Assembly: GCA_964589975.1 (NCBI GenBank) | Contig: CAZPVH010000004.1 | Span: 10,469 to 74,468, forward strand | DNA length: 64,000 bases | From: an uncultured Candidatus Saccharibacteria bacterium | GTDB taxonomy: Bacteria > Patescibacteriota > Minisyncoccia > Phycocordibacterales > CSBR16-119 | Direction: 5' to 3' | Part shown: positions 8,927 to 18,928 of the stretch, piece after piece | Layout: every line of letters begins with the position of its first letter | Position numbering within the stretch: the first letter of the stretch is position 1 | The notes under the pieces: generated by a model | Told to the model about the DNA's origin: nothing | What the model saw: the letters and a program-made list of their open reading frames with translations, nothing else | The model's database searches: none | Made by a program: the position numbers and the translations under genes

Positions 8927-10858
8927 TACCTCGAAGGCCTAAACGATCGGCAGAAAGAGGCCGTCCTTCATAAGGACGGCCCTTTGCTCATTGTCGCTGG
9001 CGCGGGCGCGGGGAAGACAAAGACTATCACACACAGGATTGCGTACCTCATCGAGCAAGGTGTGCCGGGAGAACAAATTCTTGCCGTAACCTTCACAAAC
9101 AAAGCCGCCAAAGAGATGAATGAGCGCGTGCAAAGCTTGGTAGCACTGCCGGATTTCGCCGGGAGACCGACTATTTGTACATTTCACTCGCTGGGTGTCA
9201 GGATCCTTAAAGAAAACGCTAGAGCACTCGGACTTTCGCGATTTTTCCCAATCATGGATGACGATGACAGTATGTCTCTCATTAAAGAATCCATGAAAGA
9301 GCTCGGCATTGATCCGAAGACTGTTTCGCCTCGTTCGGTTCGCTCATTCATCTCGCGCTCGAAGAATGATTTTTTATCGGAGCAGGATTTCTCCGATCAG
9401 AATGTGAAGTCGTATCAGCAAGCCATCAATCTTTCTGTTTGGAAAAAATATGAAGAGAAGAAAAAAGCCGCAGGAGGACTTGATTTTGACGACCTCTTGC
9501 TCGAGACAACAAAGCTTCTTCAGAAGAATCCAGAAATACTCGCGGTATATCATGCTCGCTGGAGATACATTCATGTGGATGAGTATCAAGACACGAATAA
9601 AGTGCAGTATGTGCTGACGCAGCTCCTTGCCAAGGCGAGCCGGAACATCTGTGTGGTTGGTGATGGTGACCAAAATATTTACAGTTGGCGTGGTGCCGAC
9701 ATTGTAAACATCTTGAACTTCGAGAAGGACTATCCCGACGCTAAAGTGGTACTACTCGAGGAGAATTATCGCTCGACGAAGACGATACTTCACGCGGCGA
9801 ACTCAGTTATAAAGAAGAATAAAGAACGAAAAGAAAAGAATTTATTTACATCAAACGATGATGGTGACATGGTCTCACTTTTTGAAGCCTATAACGATAG
9901 AATCGAAGCTGAATTTGTGGCCGAGAAATGCGTCGAGCTCATGGATAAAGGAATTAAGCCGGAAGACATTGCCGTTCTTTATCGCGCGAACTTCCAGTCG
10001 CGTCTTCTGGAAGAAAAGATGCTCACATATTCCGTGCCTTATCAGGTACTTGGGGTTAAATTCTTTGATCGAAGAGAGGTGAAAGATGTTTTGTCGTACC
10101 TGCGGCTCGCGTTTAATCCGAATTCCTCTGTCGATATCCGCCGGGCAATATCTTTCCCAAAGCGCGGGCTCGGGAAAGTCGCTGTCGAGAAAATCCTTGC
10201 AGGAGAAAAGGATAAATTACCGATGAAGACACTTATAAAAGTGAATCAGTTTTTTGAATCTATCGAAAAGATGCGCGAATATGCCGAATCGCATCTTCCA
10301 TCAGAGACGTTGAAGTATGTCATCAAAGCTTCCGGCATAGAAGCGGAACTAAAAGCCGGGAAGTCTGACGACGATATCGACCGGCTTGAAAATGTCATGG
10401 AAATGGTTTCGTTCGCAGCTAAATATGACAGTTTTCCACCGATCGAGGGTATTGAAAAACTTATCGAAGAAGCGAGTCTTGCATCTGATCAGGATTCGCT
10501 CTCGTCCGAAGGCGAGGCGAAGAAAGAAAAGAATAAGCGTGGTGTGAAGCTTATGACCGTGCATGCCTCAAAGGGGCTCGAGTTTAAATACGTGTTCATC
10601 GTCGGACTTGAAGGCGAGCTTTTTCCGCATGTCCGCGACGACATGTCGGATATCGAAGAAGAGCGCCGCTTGTTTTACGTTGCCATTACGCGCGCTCGCG
10701 AGAAACTGTTCCTGACTTACGCCACGCTTCGCCAGCTTTTTGGTGAGACCAAACTCCAAATGCCGTCGCAGTTCCTAAATGATGTCCCGCAGGAAATACT
10801 TTTCCGCGAGGAAAGGGAGTCGAGCGGGTTTGGGAATAATGTGATATATCTAGATTGA
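8921..10858 (+). CDS. uvrD: UvrD/PcrA-family ATP-dependent DNA helicase
   Basis: GAGAGKTKT Walker A; helicase motifs TFHSLG, VDEYQDTN, VGDGDQNIYSWRGA, YRS; C-terminal motif VHASKGLEF...LFYVAITRA. Confidence 0.85.
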   Translation: MNYLEGLNDRQKEAVLHKDGPLLIVAGAGAGKTKTITHRIAYLIEQGVPGEQILAVTFTNKAAKEMNERVQSLVALPDFAGRPTICTFHSLGVRILKENARALGLSRFFPIMDDDDSMSLIKESMKELGIDPKTVSPRSVRSFISRSKNDFLSEQDFSDQNVKSYQQAINLSVWKKYEEKKKAAGGLDFDDLLLETTKLLQKNPEILAVYHARWRYIHVDEYQDTNKVQYVLTQLLAKASRNICVVGDGDQNIYSWRGADIVNILNFEKDYPDAKVVLLEENYRSTKTILHAANSVIKKNKERKEKNLFTSNDDGDMVSLFEAYNDRIEAEFVAEKCVELMDKGIKPEDIAVLYRANFQSRLLEEKMLTYSVPYQVLGVKFFDRREVKDVLSYLRLAFNPNSSVDIRRAISFPKRGLGKVAVEKILAGEKDKLPMKTLIKVNQFFESIEKMREYAESHLPSETLKYVIKASGIEAELKAGKSDDDIDRLENVMEMVSFAAKYDSFPPIEGIEKLIEEASLASDQDSLSSEGEAKKEKNKRGVKLMTVHASKGLEFKYVFIVGLEGELFPHVRDDMSDIEEERRLFYVAITRAREKLFLTYATLRQLFGETKLQMPSQFLNDVPQEILFREERESSGFGNNVIYLD

Positions 10859-10859
10859 C

Positions 10860-10944
10860 GCTCCGCAAAACATGAGATTTCCTCACCCTGCGGGAGCGCT
10901 TCACTAGGTCCTCGGGATTCGAAAATCTCATGTTTTGACTCCGC
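10860..10944. repeat. MITE-like palindromic intergenic element (family 1, short copy)
   Basis: 15-bp perfect TIR CAAAACATGAGATTT/AAATCTCATGTTTTG flanked by GCTCCGC / ACTCCGC; the internal CTGCGGG...CTCGGGATTCG motif is shared with the elements at about 22.1 kb and 43.8 kb. Confidence 0.5.
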
Positions 10945-10954
10945 TAAGAGTAAT

Positions 10955-11773
10955 TTGATTAATAGAATGATTATGCGACCAAAGAAATCACTCGGGCAGA
11001 ATTTTTTGAAGAGCGGAAAAGCGCTCGGGGATATTGTTCGTGCGGGGGAGGTGAGTGCCGATGATGTGGTGCTAGAAATTGGTCCGGGGAAGGGAGCGCT
11101 GACGGAGAAACTCCTCGAAACCGGCGCGAAAGTTTTCGCCGTCGAAAAAGATCGTGATTTGATTCCACTTCTCACAGAAAAATTCGCTACATACATTGCT
11201 TCCGGAAAACTAACCCTCATCGAAGCCGACATCCTCGACTTCAATCCTTTAAGCTATAAGCTAAAAGCTAACAGCTATAAGCTCATGGGCAACATCCCGT
11301 ACTACATCACGGGCGCCATCATCCGAAAATTCTTGGAGTCCGATTATCAACCATCGCTTGCCGTTTTTCTAGTCCAAAAAGAAGTCACGGAGAGAATCGT
11401 CGCGCGTGATGGGAAGGAATCGATCTTGTCGCTCTCAGTCAAAGCTTACGGCGAGCCAAAACTCGTGGCCAAAGTCCCAAAAAGATACTTTACTCCGGAA
11501 CCGAAGGTCGATTCAGCCGTGCTTTTAATCGACAATATAAGTAAAAAGAATTTTCGAAATCTCAAGGAGGACGACTTTTTCTTCTTGGTTAAAGCAGCTT
11601 TCGGCCAAAAGAGGAAGACAATGCTAAAAAACCTTACCGGAGCCGGGATTTCCAGGGAAAATCTGGTATTTCAGGCCGAAAATATGGGGCTTGATCCGAA
11701 AATAAGGGCCGAAGACCTAACCATTCAGCAATTTCTGTCTTTAACGAAGGCTCTTTTCCCGAATAAACAGTAG
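10955..11773 (+). CDS. rsmA: 16S rRNA (adenine1518/1519-N6)-dimethyltransferase RsmA/KsgA
   Basis: LGQNFL motif, SAM-binding VLEIGPGKGALT, conserved KsgA C-terminal domain; TTG start. Confidence 0.85.
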   Translation: MINRMIMRPKKSLGQNFLKSGKALGDIVRAGEVSADDVVLEIGPGKGALTEKLLETGAKVFAVEKDRDLIPLLTEKFATYIASGKLTLIEADILDFNPLSYKLKANSYKLMGNIPYYITGAIIRKFLESDYQPSLAVFLVQKEVTERIVARDGKESILSLSVKAYGEPKLVAKVPKRYFTPEPKVDSAVLLIDNISKKNFRNLKEDDFFFLVKAAFGQKRKTMLKNLTGAGISRENLVFQAENMGLDPKIRAEDLTIQQFLSLTKALFPNKQ

Positions 11774-11803
11774 CAAAAACGAGATCCTTGCTATGATAGC
11801 GGT

Positions 11804-12163
11804 ATGAAAGCATTGCGCTATTTATTTTTAATTGTTTTGATTGCGGCCCCCTTATTAACGCTTGCTGCAGTTCTCAGGCCCTTTGGCGGACGCATAGCAA
11901 CAGCGCCTACGCCAGGAGTCTCATGTCCGGCCGGTAAACAGCCCGGCAGTCCTTTTACTGTATTGCCGGTGACACCAATGCCGCCATGGCTAATGGTCGG
12001 AGACTATCATCCCATCTCTACAAAATACCAGCTTGTTCCAAGTGCTTGGATTCTCGGTTTATATATACCTACTCCTATCCCAGAGTGCGCCTCCAACTCT
12101 CTCCCGCCAGTGCCTGTAAGTGGTTTTAGGACGTATATGCACGGAACTTCTGTTTCTTATTAA
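11804..12163 (+). CDS. small secreted Pro-rich protein (possible pilin-like T4SS subunit)
   Basis: 119 aa with a signal peptide, 2 Cys and a Pro-rich mature part; TGcTATGAT-N6-ATG leaderless-type promoter. Confidence 0.45.
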   Translation: MKALRYLFLIVLIAAPLLTLAAVLRPFGGRIATAPTPGVSCPAGKQPGSPFTVLPVTPMPPWLMVGDYHPISTKYQLVPSAWILGLYIPTPIPECASNSLPPVPVSGFRTYMHGTSVSY

Positions 12164-12173
12164 GCAATACAAT

Positions 12174-13079
12174 ATGAACTCAAAGTATCTTCCCAGCAGA
12201 AAATTTGTCATCTTCATCGGCTCAGCCATTCTTCTCGGCGTCCTGATTTGGGTTGGCTCGATGGTCCTCGGGAAGAGCGCGACATATACGAAAAAAGAAA
12301 AAGACAACTCTGTTGCCGGCTCTAGCGAATCAGAGAATTTTTACACCATGGACTCGGACAAAGACGATATCTATGACTGGGAAGAGGGGCTTTGGGGCAC
12401 GGACCCGAACAAAGCCGACACGGACGGCGACGGGGTAAGTGATGGCGAGGATATAAAAGAAAGGAAGGAGGCAATCCAAGATAGAAATGACATAGAAGGG
12501 GAAATAGCGCTTTCTGAAGATTTGAATCAAACAGAAATATTTGCCCGGCAGCTATTTTCAGCTGCATCGCTCGCCAATCAAAGTGGCGGGTTGTCGCCAG
12601 AGTCGCTTAACAACTTTTCTGAGTCGTTTGGTAAATCGATCTCTGGTGCCAGCATTGCTGATCTCTACCGTCCATCTGACCTGAAACTCGGCCAAGTATC
12701 GGCTGCAGAATACAAGAAAGACTTATCGATGATTTTCAAGCCGTACCTGGATTCTAAGTTGTCGACTGAAAGCGCAATATATCTAATGTCTACCGGCAAT
12801 GTTTCGGCAGAAACGGATATTGAAAAGCTTGCCGAGCTGCATCATGGCATCTCTAACTCGCTCGCCTCACTCGAAGTGCCTTTTGCTGTAGCTGGACCGC
12901 ATCTTGCGATGGCCAATAATTCGGCCAAGATCTCGCTCGCTCTTCTGAATCTGAAGAATTTGGAGCAGGATCCAATACTTGCCATGATCGGCCTGCGACA
13001 GTACTTCGAATATTCGACGGAATATGAGAAAGCTTTATCTGATCTCTCCGCATATTTCAAAGCTAATGGTATAATTTAA
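12174..13079 (+). CDS. membrane-anchored protein with thrombospondin-type-3-like Ca-binding Asp repeat
   Basis: N-terminal TM helix and a DPNKADTDGDGVSDGEDIKE motif. Start moved to the internal ATG (MNSKY); the ORF-track start at 12120 overlaps the upstream gene. Confidence 0.55.
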   Translation: MNSKYLPSRKFVIFIGSAILLGVLIWVGSMVLGKSATYTKKEKDNSVAGSSESENFYTMDSDKDDIYDWEEGLWGTDPNKADTDGDGVSDGEDIKERKEAIQDRNDIEGEIALSEDLNQTEIFARQLFSAASLANQSGGLSPESLNNFSESFGKSISGASIADLYRPSDLKLGQVSAAEYKKDLSMIFKPYLDSKLSTESAIYLMSTGNVSAETDIEKLAELHHGISNSLASLEVPFAVAGPHLAMANNSAKISLALLNLKNLEQDPILAMIGLRQYFEYSTEYEKALSDLSAYFKANGII

Positions 13080-15356
13080 ATGTTTTTTATGACTGGACGC
13101 AAAGCTCTGAAAATAATCCTCTCGCTTTTCCTTATAGCAACAATCATGGCGCCAAACGCCCTGCCTTTTTCCGCGAAGTATGCTGCGGCCCAAAGCGCAA
13201 ATGGGGAGCTAAGCGGTTCAGCTGGGACGGGCTTCAATGCTGGGGGAATAATCGCTTCGGCCATCTCGTGTTCTGGTCTCATGGATAAACTGGCTAGTGC
13301 GCTCTCAAGCCTTTTTTCGGTCACCGAAGTTCCGGTCGGCGACGCAGGACTCCGAACAAAGGAGAACTGCATGGACGCTATCGTCCATCAACTCGTAGTT
13401 ATGATCCTCGACAAGATTACGCTTGCGACTGTTGACTGGATTAATAGCGGTTTCGAGGGTCAGCCGCTATATCTTTCTGATCCTGAAGATTTTTTCACAA
13501 ATATTGCCCAGGATGAAATCAATCGTGTTACTGGTTGGTATGGTTGCACGACTGGAAATGTGAATTGCGGCGAAGACTATCCTTTCGGTCAGATTGTCAT
13601 GAGTAATATCATATCGACAATTCAAAGTCAGCTGGCAGCCAATGTCAGATTTTCACTAAACCAGGTTTTGGCTCACGGAACATACGAAGAATACAAGTTT
13701 GATTTCAATGTCGGTGGCTGGGCCGGGTATACAGCCATGCTTCAGCCTAACAACAACATTTTCGGCAACAATTTACTTATTAACAAAGAACTCGGTCGCA
13801 GGATTGGCGGTACATCAATGACTATCAGTCAGAATTTCAAAGCCCAGGTTACTGAGTCCGGAGGTTTTTTGAATCAGCGACGTTGTGTCCTTACCGCTAC
13901 AAACGATCCTGGCGACTACTATATTCCTAAAGACGACGAGATGCATGTTCCTCCTGGAGGACCAATTCCGCAGGCGGTTTACAATGCCGCCAATATGAAC
14001 GGCCCGTACGACGTGCCGACCGAGACGCAACAAGCAACCCTTACCGAGTACACTCTTCGGAGCGAATGCAAAGAGTGGCGCACGACAACTCCCGGAAACA
14101 TCGTCTCGAGCAAAATTACCAGCGCTCTTAACATTTCTGATAACAAATTGATCCAAGCCGATGAAATTTCCGAGAGCCTCGGCCTCATCTTTGACGCGCT
14201 CATCAACCAGCTTGTGAATACCGGCCTTGAATCCCTGAGCTCCTTCGCTTCGAGCGACGGAGGCGGCGGAGGACTCAACAGCGTCTTGGTGGCCCAGGTC
14301 AACGGCGAGCAGCCAGGACAAGTGACGAACGGACAGGCTCCACCTCCGGCTATTGATGCCATTACCGGTACAGGTTACTCGCAAGAGCCGCTACTTTTGG
14401 TACAGCAGCAGTATATCCAGCTTGCTCAACAGGCTGTTCCACAGCTTGATACCCTTATGAAGAAAATACGGGCGCTTGATTATTGTGTTCCTGGACCTCA
14501 TCCTTCTTGGCTTGACGAAGCAGAGGAAAATTTCCAGAACGTGCTTCTGTCCGTACAGCCGTTTGTTTCAAGTAATCCTGATTCCGGCGATGCTGAAGAA
14601 GAAAATCAGTCCTATTATGCCGCTGCCATTAATACCATTACCGGAATCAATATCTCTGAAAGTCCCGCGATGCATAACCATACGCAGTTCACGGCGTTTA
14701 TGAATAACGTCTTTAACAAGTACGCGGCCAGGATGCAGGATACTGCTAACATGGGCTACAGCAGGTTCTTGGCGCCGCCGGCGACTCGAGTTTTCTTGCA
14801 GAACCTGATGGATGAAATGGAAACCTACCAGACGACCTATGATAATTTGAATGAATATTTGACCAACATTACTTCATATATGCCGCAACTGATACAAATT
14901 GACGCTGCGCTCAACGATTTGGCTGATGGAAATGGAGGCGTCTTGGACGAAGATGATCCGCAGGTCCAGGCGCAAATCTCTTTGTTTAATAGTATTTCCG
15001 ATCACTTTGCCACAGAGGCTCAGCTCGACTACCTGGAGGTTAATTATGTTCTATATCAGAACCGTGAGACAACGGTTAATAGTCATATAAACAGTTGCTT
15101 GGCCGAAACGGTGAACGTTCCGTATCAGCCGGATCAACGAGTCATGTATCCGACTCCGATCCTGCCAACATACCAGCAGAACGATGGCGCCGAAATACCT
15201 ACTAACATGCCGAATTTCGATGACGCTTTCCTTCCGGGTGTTGATTTTACAGACAACACTAACGGTGGAGATATCGATGTCTCGTTCGAAAATGTTCAAA
15301 TTATTGGTTCTGAGCCTCTTACCATCTTTGAAACGGTTCTGCAATCAGTCTATTAA
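13080..15356 (+). CDS. large secreted hypothetical protein (758 aa)
   Basis: Signal peptide; Gly/Asn/Gln-rich; lies in the T4SS-like cluster. Alternative start at 13089. Confidence 0.6.
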   Translation: MFFMTGRKALKIILSLFLIATIMAPNALPFSAKYAAAQSANGELSGSAGTGFNAGGIIASAISCSGLMDKLASALSSLFSVTEVPVGDAGLRTKENCMDAIVHQLVVMILDKITLATVDWINSGFEGQPLYLSDPEDFFTNIAQDEINRVTGWYGCTTGNVNCGEDYPFGQIVMSNIISTIQSQLAANVRFSLNQVLAHGTYEEYKFDFNVGGWAGYTAMLQPNNNIFGNNLLINKELGRRIGGTSMTISQNFKAQVTESGGFLNQRRCVLTATNDPGDYYIPKDDEMHVPPGGPIPQAVYNAANMNGPYDVPTETQQATLTEYTLRSECKEWRTTTPGNIVSSKITSALNISDNKLIQADEISESLGLIFDALINQLVNTGLESLSSFASSDGGGGGLNSVLVAQVNGEQPGQVTNGQAPPPAIDAITGTGYSQEPLLLVQQQYIQLAQQAVPQLDTLMKKIRALDYCVPGPHPSWLDEAEENFQNVLLSVQPFVSSNPDSGDAEEENQSYYAAAINTITGINISESPAMHNHTQFTAFMNNVFNKYAARMQDTANMGYSRFLAPPATRVFLQNLMDEMETYQTTYDNLNEYLTNITSYMPQLIQIDAALNDLADGNGGVLDEDDPQVQAQISLFNSISDHFATEAQLDYLEVNYVLYQNRETTVNSHINSCLAETVNVPYQPDQRVMYPTPILPTYQQNDGAEIPTNMPNFDDAFLPGVDFTDNTNGGDIDVSFENVQIIGSEPLTIFETVLQSVY

Positions 15357-15448
15357 GGATAAAAGGTCGGATTTGCACACATTAGAGCCCCGGAAACGGG
15401 GCTCTGGTGCTATAATCTCCATATGCTTGCGCCTTTTGCGCACGATTA

Positions 15449-17788
15449 ATGAAAAAGAAATTCGGCATTGCCATAATGTTTTTTTCGATTGTTCTTGGAA
15501 CTGTTTTTGTTCCGGCTTTTTCAGCATATGCTCAGGCCAATGTCGACACATCTGACTACAACGACTATGAAGCAAGGCTTCAGGATTGCGGGGTTCTGGG
15601 AGATTCCAACCTGACAGCCTGTCTTGTCGAGGCTTTGTATTACTTGGTGCTGACGCCTTCGGCTTGGTTCGCCCGCGTGACTGGTGAACTGTTCGATTAT
15701 TTCGTCCAGTATTCCCTCGACACGAATTCATACCGTGGGAATGACAATTTTATTGAACGCGGTTGGTCTATAGTTCGTGATATTGGAAACGTCCTATTTA
15801 TCTTTGCTCTTCTTTATATTGCCATCACGCACATACTCCAAGCTGGTACGTCAGGGACAAAGAAATTTCTAATCAATCTCATCATTGCGGCGCTGCTGAT
15901 TAACTTCTCGCTCTTTTTCTCTCGCGTCATCATAGATGGTGGGAATGTTCTGGCTCGCGCGTTCTATAACAACATAGAGATCCCGAATGACGACAACCTG
16001 CAGTATCACACTATCTCCCAGGGAATCGTGATGCATGTTAATCCGCAGCGCCTGCTTGGCTCCGAACTTTTTACGCCAAAATATTCGAGTGATCCTGATG
16101 TGCCAGAAGGAAAAGTCGATAACGGGTATGCGGCACTAATTCTCGGTATGGCCACAGCAGTCAATATTGTCATGGGGATCACGTTTCTCTCTGTTGCGCT
16201 TCTCTTCGTTGGTCGCGTTGTGGGACTATGGTTCTTGATGATCTTCTCGCCGTTTGCGCTGGCTTCTATTGCTGTTCCAAATTCCGGCAAGATCTTTGGT
16301 CAGTTTAGCTGGAGCGGCTGGATCGATCAGATATTGAAGCTTTCATTCATGGCGCCGGTCTTCCTGTTTTTCCTCTTTCTCCTCATCATGTTCCTCCAAA
16401 TCATTTTCCAGACGAACGTATCTGACGCTGACAAGACGACAGTGCAGTGGATTCTCGATGTTGTCATACCATTTGTCATGGTCATATTTATTCTCAATAA
16501 GGCAAAGAAAGTCGCGGCAGACATGGCTGGGGAAGCGGGCAGCGCGGTCAAGAGCGCGGTTGGTTCTGCCGCAGGGTTTGCTGTCAGCACTGTGGGTCTC
16601 GGTATTGGGGCTACAGCATACATTGGCCGTAATACTGTCGGTAGGCTCGCATCTTCGTCGATAAAACGTCAACAGTTCCAAGAACGAGTTGCTTTGAATA
16701 ATATGAAAGCCAAGGAGTCTGAGCGAAAAGCTGAACAAGCTACGAACGAAAAAGAACGGTTGGCTCATATTCGTGACGCAGAAAAAGCTCGAGCAGCTGC
16801 GGTAAGAAATGCGATGGTTGTCAATCGAATGGATAAATTTAGAAAGGGTAGCTGGGATATCAGGAAGACCGACTGGATGAAGAAACAAGGAGGCCTGGCC
16901 GGAGTTGCTTATGATGTTGGCGCGAAAGCGGGTGGCTGGTCAAAGTCTCTGGCAGGGGAGTTATTTGATTCAAAGACTAAACTTGATATCGGTAAAGCCA
17001 AAGACACGAGTCGTTCGAAATACGAGGAGGATCAGAAAAAGAAGGATCTTGAAAAGGCAAAACTTTATGATGTGCAGGATCGAGGTGATCTTGAAATGAT
17101 CAAATACGAAGCGCGCAAAGGCTTGAATGGCAAGACGGAAGCTATAGAACGCATTGATGAATACATAGAAGAAACTACTAATTCCAAGAAGATTACAGAA
17201 ACGGAAAGAGAGAGACGGCTTAAAGATGCAGAGAATTGGAAGAAGGCGCTGGTCGCTGCTGTCACTGATAAGGATGTTATAGATGTTATATCGGGTAAAA
17301 AAGCTCAAGAAATTGATAATCCTGCATATCAAGATCTGAAAGAATCGCTGGAAGAGAAGCAGACTCGCAGAAATGAACTGCAGGCAATAAAAAAACGCGA
17401 AGGAAGACTCTTGCCTGAAGAGGAAAGGGAGTTGAATGGACTAGATGGAGAAATAGCGGCAACTAATTTGGAATTGAAGAAAACGAAACAAAAGATAGCT
17501 GACCCTGACAACCCTGGTTATTCTGGCGTTGAAGATCACGCGAAAACAATAGCGGGACAAGCAAGAGACGGCTACGCCACCATTGTTGAGAATAAAAATA
17601 TTACCAACGATATATTTAATCTTGGGGTAGGAAAGAGGGAAGCTGCGGCCAGGGCTGATGAAATAAGACGAGGCGTAAAGCCAGATGACTGGAAAGACAA
17701 GTTCAAGAAACTAGCAAAAGAGGTTGGAATGGATGAAAAACCAAAAGATGAACCAAAGTCTGATGATGGAGGAGGTGATAAAAAATAA
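15449..17788 (+). CDS. VirB6/TrbL-like polytopic membrane protein with long charged coiled-coil C-terminus
   Basis: Signal peptide, at least 5 TM helices in the middle third, a Gly/Ala-rich segment, then about 350 aa of K/E-rich coiled coil. Confidence 0.5.
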   Translation: MKKKFGIAIMFFSIVLGTVFVPAFSAYAQANVDTSDYNDYEARLQDCGVLGDSNLTACLVEALYYLVLTPSAWFARVTGELFDYFVQYSLDTNSYRGNDNFIERGWSIVRDIGNVLFIFALLYIAITHILQAGTSGTKKFLINLIIAALLINFSLFFSRVIIDGGNVLARAFYNNIEIPNDDNLQYHTISQGIVMHVNPQRLLGSELFTPKYSSDPDVPEGKVDNGYAALILGMATAVNIVMGITFLSVALLFVGRVVGLWFLMIFSPFALASIAVPNSGKIFGQFSWSGWIDQILKLSFMAPVFLFFLFLLIMFLQIIFQTNVSDADKTTVQWILDVVIPFVMVIFILNKAKKVAADMAGEAGSAVKSAVGSAAGFAVSTVGLGIGATAYIGRNTVGRLASSSIKRQQFQERVALNNMKAKESERKAEQATNEKERLAHIRDAEKARAAAVRNAMVVNRMDKFRKGSWDIRKTDWMKKQGGLAGVAYDVGAKAGGWSKSLAGELFDSKTKLDIGKAKDTSRSKYEEDQKKKDLEKAKLYDVQDRGDLEMIKYEARKGLNGKTEAIERIDEYIEETTNSKKITETERERRLKDAENWKKALVAAVTDKDVIDVISGKKAQEIDNPAYQDLKESLEEKQTRRNELQAIKKREGRLLPEEERELNGLDGEIAATNLELKKTKQKIADPDNPGYSGVEDHAKTIAGQARDGYATIVENKNITNDIFNLGVGKREAAARADEIRRGVKPDDWKDKFKKLAKEVGMDEKPKDEPKSDDGGGDKK

Positions 17789-17797
17789 AATAAGATC

Positions 17798-18466
17798 ATG
17801 ACGGTAACATCACCTGACAAGTTAATAGAAGAACATTTGGCATCCCTGCCTGAGCCTATTAAAAAGGCCATCGCTTCTTTCGACTGGGCGAGGGAGGTCT
17901 TCGATATTGGTCGAAAGCATAACATGCATATCGATCGCATTGGCGAGCTTCAAACTGAAGTCATGCTTGTCGTATTGGGACTCATTTCTCCTCGGGATTT
18001 CCAGACTGAACTAATGGAGCGAATCGAGCCTAATCACGATATTGCTATAGAAGTTTCTGACGAGGTGAATAAACGCGTCTTTATCCGGATCCGGGAATTC
18101 ATGAAAAAGTATTATGAGGACGACGGCACGCCAAAAGCTGTGGCGGAACCACCCGACGCCATAAAATCCGCCGAGAAAAAGGTGCTTAATGGCGCGGGAA
18201 TTCGGCTTGAGGGCGACCCTGAGCCTGAACCAGCGAAAATCACCATGGGTCCCGCGTCCATTTCGTCCGAAGAAGATGGAATCATCTCGCTTGGATCGTA
18301 TGATGACTCTGATTCGGCAGCGCCAACTCCGAAAATAGATCCGATCGTGCAGAAAGTCGCGCAGACGATGGAGAAACAGGAAGTCAGACCGTCGCCAATC
18401 ACTGTCATCAAGGCCGAGAATGCGCCAAAAGGTTTTTTGGATCCGTATAGAGAAGTTGTTGAGTAA
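17798..18466 (+). CDS. hypothetical cytoplasmic protein
   Basis: 222 aa, acidic, no recognisable motifs. Confidence 0.5.
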   Translation: MTVTSPDKLIEEHLASLPEPIKKAIASFDWAREVFDIGRKHNMHIDRIGELQTEVMLVVLGLISPRDFQTELMERIEPNHDIAIEVSDEVNKRVFIRIREFMKKYYEDDGTPKAVAEPPDAIKSAEKKVLNGAGIRLEGDPEPEPAKITMGPASISSEEDGIISLGSYDDSDSAAPTPKIDPIVQKVAQTMEKQEVRPSPITVIKAENAPKGFLDPYREVVE

Positions 18467-18916
18467 GTAGAAAGTAGTAAGTCGTAAGTCGCACGAACGA
18501 TGAACGAGCAAATAAAAAGAGGGCACAAGGATCTTGTAGTATGGCAAAAGGCCATGGACTTGGTCGAGGAAATTTATAAGTTGATTAAAGAGCTTCCAAA
18601 GGATGAGAAGTTTAATCTGGTTTCACAGATAAGCAGATCAGCTGTATCTATACCCTCAAATATTGCCGAAGGGTATAGAAGGGGGTCTGATAAATCATTC
18701 AAACAATTTTTATTAATTGCCTTCGGTTCAAGCGCCGAACTTGAAACTCAAATTGAGCTGGTCAAGAGACTGGTTTTAGCCCCCAATTTTGATTTTAAAG
18801 CAGTTGATAATCTCTTGTCTGACACCATGAGATTACTGAACGCTTTCATAAAGAAACTAGGTTGATCAAAGAGTTATCCGTGCTACTTACGACTTCCGAC
18901 TTCCAACTTACTGCGT
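18461..18916. repeat. IVS-like hairpin element: heptamer-repeat inverted repeats enclosing the four-helix-bundle gene
   Basis: Left arm GTAAGTAG-AAAGTAG-TAAGTCG-TAAGTCG-CACG (18461–18499). Right arm CGTGCTACTTACGACTTCCGACTTCCAACTTAC (18879–18916). The proximal stem pairs about 17 of 20 nt. Confidence 0.5.
18500..18865 (+). CDS. four-helix-bundle protein (23S rRNA intervening-sequence protein family)
   Basis: 121 aa; WQKAMDL...ELPKDEKFNLVSQISRSAVSIPSNIAEGYRRGS...ELETQIELVKRL matches the TIGR02436-type family. Confidence 0.8.
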   Translation: MNEQIKRGHKDLVVWQKAMDLVEEIYKLIKELPKDEKFNLVSQISRSAVSIPSNIAEGYRRGSDKSFKQFLLIAFGSSAELETQIELVKRLVLAPNFDFKAVDNLLSDTMRLLNAFIKKLG

Positions 18917-18928
18917 TATAATTAACTC

